The translations under genes were made by a program, and so were the position numbers. From Felis catus (Eukaryota): DNA of 64,000 bases. Position 1 is the stretch's first letter, and each line of letters begins with the position of its first letter. The stretch lies in the NCBI RefSeq assembly GCF_018350175.1, contig NC_058368.1, positions 29,824,001 to 29,888,000 of the forward strand, in the 5' to 3' direction. The notes below the pieces were generated by a model, which saw only the letters and a list, made by a program, of their open reading frames with translations, did no database searches and had not been told where the DNA came from. This document shows positions 24,973 to 36,505 of the stretch, piece after piece.

Positions 24973-26123
24973 AGAGTTATATTTAATCTATTGCTTGTAG
25001 CCATTTTTGAATCAGAATAGCTTCCTGAAACCTTGGGCTTGGGAACACAATTATACTTGGGGGCAACCCTTTCAAGGCAACAAATTAGAAATGGCTTCAA
25101 AAGTCCTTGATGTAGTCTTTCAGGAAATGTGGGGAGGCCTTTGTTACATTATCTGGAAATCTAAACATCTTCAAATTTAAAAAAAGTATAAGATGCAAAA
25201 TGTCATTTTCAAGCACAGACCCAAGGACTCGTAAGTTTTTTCTTTTACTAAATTGGGTTGTCACTAACATTAGACACAGAGGATAAACCACATCTTAACC
25301 TGGTTAATGAATAGTCCCATTATGCTATTTCCCCAAATGTTATAGAACAGAACTAGATCTCATTGTCTCACAGAACTACATCTGTTAAAGAACAGAACTA
25401 CATCCCAGCCCACTCGGGACTTAAGCCCCTGACGACGTCTGCTCTGGCTTTTCCCTTTCAGAGGCACTGTCAGGGCCTAGAAGAGGCCTTGCTTTGCAAA
25501 CTCTCCTGCAGTGGAGGGACCAGATGGGGCTATTGACAACAACAGGGAGTTGAGTGTACTAGCCTCTTGGCCCTTATCCTTACTGTCATCTAGTTCCCCG
25601 GGATTTTCATACAAACTCCATGCTCTCCATGCATTTCCCCCCTGCACGTCCCTGGCTCTTGCCCCAGGGATTATATTTAGCTGCTCCGGTTTCCCAGGCT
25701 CCCATACTTGCATGCATCTGCGGGGCTCTGTTCTGGGGCTGCCGTTGGTTGTAAGGGCCATGGTTACATCCATCCCCACAGACCCCGCCTGCTGCTGACT
25801 TAACCTGCCCCTCACTCTCCCCCCTCCCTCCCTTTCCCACCGGACTCCCTCTGGGAGCCCTGGGAACGGAGGCCCATGCCAGCGCGGAGGGAGCTGCGTC
25901 CATGAGGGTTCCTTTAGCGCCAGCTGCCACCGCCACAGAGGTCATTGGGATAAACCGATTTGCTAAACAAAATGGTTAACAACTCATGAGTAAAACTCAA
26001 AAAATTTTCCAGAGGAGGTGGCTACAGTGCTTCTGAGACTGAAACTCTCTGGTCCCTGTCATTCCTAGCTCTTCCTCCCACTCACCAAATACATGCCACC
26101 GGAACCTGTACTTTCCTCGGGTG

Positions 26124-26137
26124 CCAGTAGGGGGCAG
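26124..26137 (+). promoter_or_regulatory. Candidate CTCF binding site
   Basis: CCAGTAGGGGGCAG matches CCASYAGRKGGCRS at all 14 positions and lies outside a recognisable repeat. Confidence 0.6.
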
Positions 26138-26169
26138 CTGCCGTCAGGCCTGGGGAGATTTTTTTTCTT

Positions 26170-26188
26170 TTCTTCTTGTAACATTTTC

Positions 26189-26231
<43 letters not shown>

Positions 26232-26905
26232 AAATATAACGTATCGAGAGAAAAATGCACAAAGCGTACATATACAGAAGCTAAGACCTGTGTGGCCGCC
26301 TTCCTCAGGTCAAGAAATAGAATATTGCCAGTACCTTACATAAAACCCCCAACCCCTTCCACCCCATTACTGTCCTTCCTTGCTTTATGTGAATATTTGC
26401 CGCACCCAAATGCATCCCAAAACAATAGGGGATGGTGTGGGATGTTTCTGATATTTTGATGATTTTGAACATTATATAAATGGAATCATACTATGTGTAT
26501 TCTTTGGTCTTTTGCATTTTTTCCCCCTCAAGATTATGTTTACTCATTTTCATTGCTGTGTAATAACAACAGCCATGATATTGATTGTCTTTCCCCTAAC
26601 TTATTCATCCATCCCACTGCTAATGGACATTTGAGTTGTTGCGAGTTTGTGGTAATTAATCATGAACGACACTACTATGAACATTCTAGTCTATCCTGAA
26701 ACACATAAGCATGCATTTCCATAGGGCCCATACCTCGGAGAGTGTGACTGCAAAGTTACGGGAAATGGATGTTTTCAACCTTACTAGATAACGTACAGGT
26801 TTCCAAAGAGGGTGCTCCAATTTACAGGCTCCTCAGCAGAGTATAAGAGATACTGATGTGCCACATAGTCGCCAATACTTGGTCTTGTCAGACTTTTTAG
26901 TTTTT
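26170..26905 (-). mobile_element. L1ME-like fragment containing (TG)n at 26190-26227
   Basis: ggtcaagaaatagaatattgccagtacc...tatataaatggaatcatactatgtgtattctttg...ttattcatccatcccactgctaatggacatttgagttgtt. Confidence 0.8.
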
Positions 26906-28269
26906 GAGGCTAATGCCTCTTCATCAGTGTTGGGCCAATGAGTGGCAAGAGCACCGTTCTTAATGGCTTCCATATGGTTCCCGGAGCGAGAAGGGGCTTC
27001 TAGTTCTTTCCGTCAGACACAGATGGCAGAGTGGCATAGCGGGATGCTCGTCTGTATTAAACACAGGCAGTAGGTGGCTCCTCAGAGAGAAGAGAGATTT
27101 TCTCTCTTGGCTGATTTTCTGTCCTCTTTTGGAATTCACCATCAGTGCTAACAATGGCAATTAGGCTCTCTGTGCCATCTGGACGGCTGGGGCTGCTGTG
27201 GGAGGGACATCTGCTGGCAGCTGCATAAAGAAGAAAGATGAACCAGGACTAGGCACGACCCAGGCACCGCTCTCTTGTGTGGACCTGCTGCCTCCAGCCA
27301 GTTCGATACAAAACAAAAATGCTTCTTCAACTCATTTTATTTACTCAAGAGGAACCACCCAGCGGTCACTGTGGGAGTTCCTTAAAAAAAAAAAAAAAAG
27401 ATGGTAATTATTCTCAGTTAACGGACCCAGCCCAATCAGTCCTGCTTTTTCATCAGGTTTGATTGCCTCTGTTTCAGAATTGGTCGCTTTCACTGCTCTT
27501 GTCTGAGCCTCGGATATGAAATTGGGAGAGCATAACCTCTCTCCCTGTTGTGGCGAGGGCAGAATGACAGGCATGTCTTTGAAAATGATCACGGTATTTA
27601 TTCACTTGAGTCTAGAGTCAGATTCCTGGATGAGGGCCTTGCTATACTTTAGGGGGAGTTGTAATTTTAGATAACATTTCCCCTGTAAGACCAGACCCTC
27701 CAAGGATGGTAACAGTGAGAAGGGTCTCCCTGTGGGGAGAAGGGGAGGGCTGGACTCCACGCCATACTCTGTCCTCTTGGTTAGTTTATCTAACTAGGTG
27801 GGGGAGGCTATGGAGGAAAAGGGGTGCATTTCACAAGTCTTTACTGGACTTTGTGCATAATAGAAGAAAAACAGGCAGAAAGGGAGGAAAAGAAACAACC
27901 CAGCACCACCAACTAGATAATCTGGTTCTAAGACATGGTTTACGCATCCTCGCTTTCACTCTGTTGTCTCGCTGCTTAGCTCCTGTCTGTCCTCAGAGTG
28001 GCAGAGACCATGTTTAAGCCTCAGGGCCATCAGAGCCCTGTAAGGAGCCCTCCATAGAGCTCTCTGCCTTTACACCTCTTGTTCAGCATAGTTAATTAAC
28101 CGTGCCATTTTTTATTCTCAGAAACATCCCATTTTGGATAATAAATGATGTTTGTCCTAAGGCCACCTGACAAGTTCTGGTTCCTTCTAGGAGAATCTGC
28201 TTCTACCTACCTTCAGGATAGAGGCCACTCCCTATCCACAGGTGTGGCCTTCAATACAGGAGGCTTTAT

Positions 28270-28450
28270 TGTGCAGACTTCTGACCACACTGCCTGATCC
28301 AAATCCCAGCTCTGCCCCTTATTAGCTGCATGATTTGAGGGCACGTAACTTCCTTTGCCTTTGCCTCAGTTTCCTCAAGTGTAAAATGGACCTAATGATA
28401 ACGGTGCCTGGCACTTAGTAAGTTGCCAATACATTTCAGTCAATGCTATC
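28270..28450 (+). mobile_element. MIR
   Basis: aaatcccagctctgccccttattagctgcatga...gcctcagtttcctcaagtgtaaaatgg...gtgcctggcacttagtaag. Confidence 0.8.
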
Positions 28451-28854
28451 GTTACTGCAGACAGAGCCCAGCCTGTTAACACTTGCATCGGGCTAGCACA
28501 GTGTTTTCAACATTTTGAAGCTGCAAGCCTCTGGAAGGAGTGCCCCCTCCAGTCGGGTCAAACGTTACCACCTGATTCATGCACGGATCACATGCAATAC
28601 CACCCCCCCCCCCCCAGCATCTGAGCGTGCAACCCCTCTTCAGGCCTGGACATGACGAACATACCAGGCTGCCATAGGTCTGGACCAAGAGACAAAGATG
28701 GGCGTTACTGTATGTGCATGTTCTCTTCCTTCCACCTCCCTGTCTCCAAGTTAGAGTCCAGCCAGGCTCAAGTTCATGTGAGAAGGAGATGTACTCTTGG
28801 AAAATCTGTCTCCTTTTGCCAGATGTGTTTCTCCACACCCCCGTGTTCTGTAGG

Positions 28855-29015
28855 GAAGTGGCTCTCAAACATTAATGTGCATACAAATTGCTGGGAATCT
28901 TATTTTAAAAATGCAGGTCTGGTTCAGGAGCTCTGGTGTGGGGCCCAAGATTGTGCATTTCTAACAAGCCCTCAGGTGACCCTGGTGCTGATTGCTCAAG
29001 GATTTGGGGAACAGT
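28855..29015. mobile_element. MER5-family hAT-Charlie MITE
   Basis: agtggctctcaaac...ggtgtggggcccaagattgtgcatttctaacaagccctcaggtga. Confidence 0.75.
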
Positions 29016-29354
29016 GGAACCTTGGGGAAGTGTTTCTACTTGAGGCTGAGAGTGGGACCTCTTCCTGGAGCAGACTGAACACTTTCTGTGAGCACATTAT
29101 TCCCAGTGGGTCCCTCACCCACCAACCCAATATCCAGAAATGAATAACTGCCAGGAAAATACCCATCTGTCTATGCAGAGGTTGAAGCCTGGTTGGGAGA
29201 TACTGACTCCCCCTTGAGGGAAGCCCAACCTCAGAGAATTTCTGACTGCCTTGCCCTCCATTCATTTTGCATAGGTGAGCTTTTATCTGATCATATTTTA
29301 GAAATTGTCTGTCTTATGGGTTGACTTGGAATGTTCTACTATTTACTCTCAAAT

Positions 29355-29535
29355 AGAGTGATTCTCAAAGCATGGTTCTGGGACCAGCAGCGTTAACATC
29401 ACTGAGAATTTGCTGGGATTGCAAGTACCGAGGCCCCACTCCAGACCTACTGAATCAGAAACTCTGGGAATTATGTCCAGCAATCACGTTTAACAAGCCC
29501 TTCAGGTAATGTACAGTACAGTTTGAGAACCAGTG
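29355..29535. mobile_element. MER5A hAT-Charlie MITE
   Basis: agtgattctcaaag...ccccactccagacctactgaatcagaaactctggg...tttaacaagccc...gtttgagaaccagtg, with inverted termini. Confidence 0.85.
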
Positions 29536-30544
29536 TTAAGATGCCACATTGCTTACAAGAATTTTCAGAGGAGAAGACCCTGGATCCTGGCAGCTTCTGG
29601 GGCCTGCCCCAAGTCCCTGGAGCATGTTGCTCAATGGATGGTTTCAGCTGTGAGTCAGGGAGATGATCCCAAGAAGGGGTTTGAAGGATGGCAACTTCAG
29701 GTGAGGAAAAGCAGGAGCAAATGATCCATCTCCTGGGGGTGATTGTTTGACTTTATGCAAATGTTCTAAGCAATAAAACCAGTCAGTGATGTACAGGAAA
29801 TATATGCTCCCCATGCCGAGTGGTCTAAATAGATCGTTATCAGGGATTGGGCTTCAGAACCCCTATTACACGAAGCCTTAATGGCATGATATATACCACA
29901 CCTGCTAAATGAAATGCATATGGGGACATTATGGGAGTTTTCAAGAGCATTTTATTTTGCATAATATAGTTTTTTTTTTTCCAGACCAGAAATGGTATAT
30001 TAAAAAGTCAGCAGGTATATAGCTTGTTTTAAAATTATTACTTTACTCTGGCTTTGCAGACTTTTATTTTCTTCCTCCTGCTGCTATTGCACAGAAGTGC
30101 AGAATATCCTATCCAGAAAGGATCCTAGAGATAAGTGAGTCTACTCTCTGCACTTTATAGGTGAGGAGCTGATGCCAGAGATGTGAGGTGATTTGCCCCG
30201 AGTGAGGGGCTGGGGCGGGTACCCACGAGGCCTGAATCTCAGATCCCAGGGTTCCCACTGATTTCTTTCAGGAATCCCAGGCCAAGTAAGGGACCTGGGA
30301 AAGTGGCCTTGTGCATTCTCTTGCTTGCAGACAGCTTCAGAGGAGTGGCGGGGGGTGCGGTGATGTCATTCACACGTGTGTACAAACCCTGATGCAACAG
30401 CCAGAACGTATGTAGTTCAGTCAGAAGCATCTCTCATTCACACCGAGGCTTAGAACTCAGGCTCTAGTAAGCCAGAGCCGCCGTCCCTGCATTCCAAGTA
30501 TGCATCACATGTTTGGTTGTAGGCAACGTGCCTTCTCCTAGGGC

Positions 30545-30718
30545 TGGCTGGCTTCACGGGCTGATGACCCGTGCAGTGGCGTGGTCGCCGTGCGTACAGG
30601 GACCCCGGGCTTGCTTTCACACTCTGTTGTCATGGTCTTGAAAGTCTGAATAATTCTTGAAGAAGGGGACCTGCTTTTTTATTTTGCACTGGGCTCTGCA
30701 AATTACGAAGCCGGTCTT
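30545..30718 (+). mobile_element. MER53-like hAT MITE
   Basis: ggctggcttcacggg...gtcttgaaagtctgaataatt...attttgcactgggctctgcaaattacgaagccggtc. Confidence 0.7.
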
Positions 30719-30859
30719 TCACCACATCTCCCATACCCTCGCCCGTGCATCCTTTGAAACTCAGCTTCTCCAAAAAGCTTTCTCCGATTCTCCCAGGAGT
30801 GTGTTATGTATCATAATATTAATTGTGTTAATGCCAAACATTACTTGCTTTCTTCCTGC

Positions 30860-31020
30860 AGGCCAACCCTGTGAGGTAGATACTATCATTGTCATCATGC
30901 CCACTTAACAGATGAGGAGACTGAGGCTTAGTGAGAGGTGGACTGGCTCCAGGTCACATGGCTAGGAATTGGGGTTAGAAGCTAGGTCTGCTGGACTCTG
31001 GAGAACAAAGACTTAACCTC
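30860..31020 (-). mobile_element. MIR
   Basis: caaccctgtgaggtagatact...cccacttaacagatgaggagactgaggcttag...aggtcacatggctag. Confidence 0.8.
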
Positions 31021-34000
31021 CAAGCTTTACAACCTCCCTGTGTTATCTGTTCAGTGCTTAACACTCTGTGATGTGTCCTCGTTTCTCCTATTCTACTGTA
31101 GGGGAAAGACTATGTCCTTTGTTGCAGGCACCATGCCTAGCACAGACAGGGTGCTCGATGCATATTTATGTAATGAAGGACATTTGGCTAAATTTAATGT
31201 GAATAGCACATTTAATAGCCACATCAGAACTTCCTGCAAACCAAAGAGGCTTCCAGGTTTGTGTTGAAATTTTTCCTGTGAGTAGAGCAGTATAGTATGG
31301 CTGGTGGGGGCTTTGAGATACCTTACATTTGACTTCATGAATTATTTATGGAATTAACACGGGGAATGATCATTAATTTGTGGATGGAGAGAAGCAGCTA
31401 TGTGGCTTGCTGCCCATGGTTTTCTGGCAGGGATAAATTGCCTTCACATCGGCCGCTGGGTGAAGACTCGGGATGCTGGTTTCCAGGGGAGACAAAGCAC
31501 TTCAGTCCCCTCTTGCCTTCTCTTTCCCCAGCGGAAAAATCTGGGAAGTGCAAGTTACACAGACTGGCACAGACTGGTGGCTGTGAGCCAACTCAGCTTT
31601 CCTCAACATGTAGGTAACACACGTTTGCTGAGCACTTCCTGGGTGTGCATGCATATGCTAGGTATGGGGACACAACCGAAAAGGAATGTAAATAATTGCA
31701 TTGTCAGATGATTCGTGGCAAAAAAAGGGCATGTTGTCAATGCCGTGGACAGTGGTAGGGGGAGATTCTGGGTGGTGGGGGTTCTTGCCCGAGCCACGTC
31801 TTCCAGGGCAAAAATGAGTTAGTCTAGCTGGAGACAGGGTAGAAGTGTAGAGGGGCAGGCTTTCCAATTGGGAGAACACTGAAAAGGGTTGGGGAAAGAC
31901 CTGTTAATAGTAGAAATACTGGCATAGGAGGAGGGGCCCTCAGAGATGACTTGTGGGGGCTCAGGAAGAACCTAGGAAATGAATGTTGGTTGTGCCAATG
32001 GCTTGGGGTTTGTCCTGGAGGCCAGCCATGTTGGTGGTAGATGGATCCAGTGATGTCAGTGGTCAGTTGTATCTCCTGAGCCATCATTCCAAGGTCTTCA
32101 TTCCAGGTGAGCACTGGCTTTGTGGGCTCCTGGGTCCCCAAAGCCTGGGGCAAGGGCAGGGGTGAGGGAAGAGGGAGGCATGCCTGTCTAGACTGGGGGC
32201 AGGGAGCAGGAGGAACTGTTGCTGAGTTCAGCAAGTTTGCTTTCTGAGACCCACTGTATTTTTGCAATCTCTTTCCCATTTTCTTCAAAGCATCATGAGG
32301 AAATACAACCGCGGCTGGGTTCAGCAGCCCTCGCTTTTGAGCAATAAACTACAAATGATCACAGTTTACTTTGATGCTTTCGGAACCCCCCCTACTAGTC
32401 GCTGTGGTTTCTTGCCATTTACTAGCTGGAAAGTCGCCTGTGTGCACATGCTTTGCCTCTGGAATGAGCCCTTGCCTCTCGGAGCTTGTCTTAACATGTT
32501 ATTTATTCTGCACTTCTTCTTCGGGCTCGAGCAGCGCTCTGGGCTCCCGGGCTGCCGCGACCACACTTAGGGGTCCAACCCTGCTGCCCCAGCCTTTACG
32601 GGAGAAAAGACTGTTCTCGACTCCATTTATTTCCAGGTAGAAAAGAATCAGAGAGCCCTGCAGGGTGAAGGCGAAGGCAAGGCACTCCAGATAAGTGTTT
32701 TTTCTTTTTTTCCTCTGTATTACTTATTTATTAAAGCCAGTGAGGCATAACTAAGGGAAGGGAAGGGAACCGAGGAAATAGAGAATACAATGGCCCCTCA
32801 GATTTTAATGGGAGAGATGGCTGGAAGTGATTCCTAAATTATTAAATAAATCGATTTGATTCTTGAAGCCGGCCTCCAAGGTATATTTGTCAGTTTCATT
32901 ATCATGGTCTTCAAGGGGAGGAAGAGTCACTCATGGAGAAAGTTTTATTATTTTTCCCCCCTCTATTTTATTTTGAAGGCTGCAGTTCACGGCCCCTGTC
33001 TAATTAAACAGTAGCTTCTTTACGTGACAGGGGCAGCGTACTTTCCATTTTTCTTTTGGCTTCCATTCTCGATCCATTTGGTCTCACAGGCCCCCAGACG
33101 TGTAACAAGATCAGGTCGGCTGTAGGGCACGTGCACTTTGGAGAACTTGATCCCATCTCAATTACAGGTCCGTGTGGCCACAGATGAGCTCTATGGTAAT
33201 TTGTCCACGCACACGTGCGTCCTGTCTGTTAGCTAGTCGCCTAACAGAATCTGCTGAGTGTTAGAATAATAGGCTGTGCCGTCCTGAATGCCAAGAATAA
33301 CACCTTAATACCCTTCAGGGAAATCATTGATTTTATTTTGGGGCTTTGGTGGTGGCTGCAGTGGCATTTGCTCCTTTCTCTCACGTTTCCCTCTCTCCCC
33401 CTCAACTCCTCTACCGCCTCCAGCCCAATGGTAAAAAAATGCCTGAACATCTAAATTCTTTTTCTTAATTATCCTCCCGAGGAAAGCAGGCCAAGCACCA
33501 GGGTGCAAAAAATTTAAGCCATAAATAACGAGCCGAAAGGAAATAAAAGAAATGACACCAGAATAAAGTAAGCTATTAACTGAAAGCTTTACGTCTCCGT
33601 CCTTCTCGGGTCTGAAAAATCTAAGGGAAGGTGGCTAAGTATTTATTTTGCAAAGAATGTCATTATCATCCGCAGCAGTTAAAAATGGATGAAGGAAACA
33701 TTTCCCCACGATTTCTGGTGGTACTACAGACCCTGACTCATGAAACATTTTGGGGAACAAAGTTCTTCCTCCACCCCCGAGGACAAGTAGTGCTAAAGAA
33801 CAGATCTGGGTCCCTTGGTGGGGGGGGGGGGCGGTATCGCTGCCATCTGAGTCTGGGGTGGAGGGCAGGAATGGGAGAAGGGAAGTGAGGAAAGTCATGG
33901 ATAGCGATTGAATGCTTCCCAAGACAGAGGAGTGTTCCTGCCTGGATCTGCTGCAAAACTGTCTTTCAAGTTCGTACACCTGGTGTAAAGAACTCCATTC

Positions 34001-35199
34001 ACACCTGCAAACCTATCACGTTTCCAGTTTTTGGTGTGTCTTTCAATTTCCTGGATGCTTCCCAAGCTCCAGGGTGGAAACAAGGCGTGTGCGTGTTGGT
34101 GACACAGAACACGGATGGCGAGGGCCCTGAAGGTGAAGGTGTCCATCCAGCGCCTGGATGCAGGAAGGAGGACTCTTCTTCTCCCCAGTTTCCCCGGGCA
34201 GCCAGGCTGACGCCTGCCGAATCCCCTCCAGCCACTTCGAGGCCTGGGGCATCCTTGTGGTCTCAACTCTGCTTTGTCGGGTGGGCCAGTCCCCAGACTG
34301 CTGGGACTGAGCAGAGCCCCAGAGCGTGTGTGTTGTGTGTGCACCTGCACACGTGCATGCGTGTGTGAGTGTGGCTGGGAGGCGCACACCAGCCAGCCCA
34401 CCGAGCGGGGGTCAGAAGTGGGCTCAGCGTGAGACACCGGGAAGGCTGGTTTTCCCGCACAGCTGAAAGGGAGTTCGGCGAGCACAGCAAGGTGCCGGAG
34501 AGTGTGTATTAGAAGTCTCGGTTTTGTAGAGCACGCTATGAGAAGACACTCAAAGTCTGTCTGTGTGTATGTAGGACTGTACTGGATTACGTAAGTGGGA
34601 AGGTAAGTCTAGGACACATGCCGTGTTCTTAAAATGTGTGAAGGGGACGGGTGTGACAATGGGGCGATGCTGATACCGATACAGGGTGTGGTACGGTGTT
34701 CACGATAACAGCATTGATTGTACGACCCCATTTATGCAAAACTAATGTTTATATATGTATTAAAGTTTAACTGCTTTACTCTACTCTGCTCATCTTTCCT
34801 CCAAAAGTGCTTTCTCTGAAAAATCTCCTAGTGCCAGGTACCAAGTGCTCAGTTTTATGTGGGCTCTTTTCCTGCAGCATTTAGGGTCACTGCTCTGCTG
34901 CTGCATTTTATGGCTTGAGCCGAGAAAGAGCAGAGCCGCTTTGCCTCAGGGAAAAGCTGTTATTAACTGCTCTTTCACCCTCCCCTTCGTCCTGATCAAG
35001 GGGACAGGGGTGGGAAAGAAGGCTTTCTGGAAGAGCCTGACTCCTCTTAAATGGATGTGGTGCCCTCTGGCAGACAGACGTGGTCTGTAGGGAGAACTCA
35101 GGAGACCCCAGCTGGGACTGTCTGGCCTCTGAAGGCTGTGTGGGCTTCTCCCATCACCCCCTCGGGAGGGAACAGACTTTCTAGGAAGCAGAGCTAGGA

Positions 35200-35345
35200 T
35201 CTGGAGATGGAAATGACAGGGCAGCAGTTTTCAGCTCAACATAAGAGGGGCTTTCTAACCACCTCAGCTGATGATCGGCTCAGCCACTTTGTGGCGGTGG
35301 GGTAGGGGTCTCATCCTTGGTGAGGTTCAGGATCAAGTGGCACCT
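35200..35345 (+). mobile_element. L3/CR1 3' fragment
   Basis: gacagggcagcagttttcagctcaacataagaggggctttctaacc...ccttggtgaggttcagg resembles the L3 3' region. Confidence 0.55.
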
Positions 35346-35409
35346 TGGTCAAGATTCCTGCACCGTGTGGCCCTGGGGATTATAAGATCTCTAGGGTTGC
35401 ACCATCCGT

Positions 35410-35747
35410 TGTAGCCTAGCCACATGTGGCCACTGAGTCCTAGAAACGTGTCCACTGAGTCCCAGAAATGTGGCTAGTGCAACCGAAGAACTGAATTTTT
35501 TAAAAAATATTTTTAAATATTTACTTATTTTTGAGAGACAGCAAAATGCAGAGTGCAAGCAGGGGAGGGTCAGAGAGAAAAGGAGACACAGAACCTGAAG
35601 CAGGCTCCAGGCTCTGAGCTTTCAGCACAGAGCCTGATGCAGGGCTTGAACTCACGAACCCTGAGATTATGACCTGAGCCTAAGTCAGAGGCTTAACTGA
35701 CTTGAGCCACCCAGGTGCCCCAGGAACTGAGTTTTTAATTTTAGTTA
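35410..35747. mobile_element. MER3-like (hAT-Charlie) element interrupted by a SINE; a MER33-like end lies at about 36652-36725
   Basis: tagccacatgtggcc...gaaatgtggctagtgcaaccgaagaactgaattttt; later aaaatgtggctactaga...aaattaca. Confidence 0.7.
35496..35721 (-). mobile_element. CanSINE
   Basis: Full body; TSD gaactgaattttt / gaactgagttttt. Confidence 0.95.
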
Positions 35748-35781
35748 AGGGTATATATCTGAAGGAAACAAAATCAGTATC

Positions 35782-35990
35782 TTTTTTTTTTTTTAAATGT
35801 TTATTTATTTTGGGAGACAGAGTGGGAGAGAGTCTGTGCATATCGGGGGAGGGGCAGAGAGAGAGGGAAAGAGAATCCCAAACAGACTCCGCACTGTCAG
35901 TGCAGAGCCTGACTCGGGGCTCGATCTCATGAATCGTGAGACTGAAATCAAGAGCTGGGCGCTCAAGAACTGAACCACCCAGGAGCCCCC
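35782..35990 (-). mobile_element. CanSINE with exact 13-bp TSD
   Basis: TSD aaatcagtatctt at 35771-35783 and 35992-36004; small internal deletion in the head. Confidence 0.95.
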
Positions 35991-36284
35991 GAAATCAGTA
36001 TCTTGAAGAGATATCTGCCCCACTATGTTCCTTATAGTGTTATTCACAATAGCCAAGATATAGAAACAACCTGAGTGTTTGTGGACAGGTGAATAGACAA
36101 AGCAGATGTGGTATATACATAAAATTGAATATTTTTCAGCCATAAATAAGAAAGAAATGTTGCCCTTTGTGACAACGTGGATGAACCTGGAGGGCATTAT
36201 GCTAAGTAAAATAAGCCAGACAGAGAAAGGCAAGTGCTGTGTGGTATCACTTATATGTGGAATCTAAAAAAAAAAAAAAAGCCT

Positions 36285-36437
36285 GGGGTGCCTGGGTGGG
36301 TCAGTCAGTTAAGCGTTCGACTTAGACTCAGGTCACGATCTCATCGTTCATGAGTTCGAGCCCTGCATTGGGCTCTGTGCTGACAGCTCAGAGCCTGGAG
36401 GCTGCTTCGGATTCTGTGTCTCCCTGTCTCTCTGCCC

Positions 36438-36482
<45 letters not shown>

Positions 36483-36505
36483 AATAAATAAGCATTTAAA
36501 ATAAT
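36285..36505 (+). mobile_element. CanSINE with long (CT)n
   Basis: GGGGTGCCTGGGTGGGTCAGTCAGTTAAGCG...GAGTTCGAGCCC...(CT)n at about 36442-36479, then AAATAAATA. Confidence 0.96.

Noticed and set aside
27172..27190. Additional CTCF-like motifs (also about 14630, 33835 and 56455)
   Set aside because: Each has two to four mismatches to the core consensus; not supportable without data.
31736..31756. REST/RE1 site (TCAATGCCGTGGACAG)
   Set aside because: Four mismatches to TCAGCACCATGGACAG, three of them in the left half-site.
33895..34485. 196-aa minus-strand ORF, the longest in the track
   Set aside because: No recognisable domain, near-cognate start and repeat-derived HSHTHARV sequence; explained by GC-rich, stop-poor DNA.
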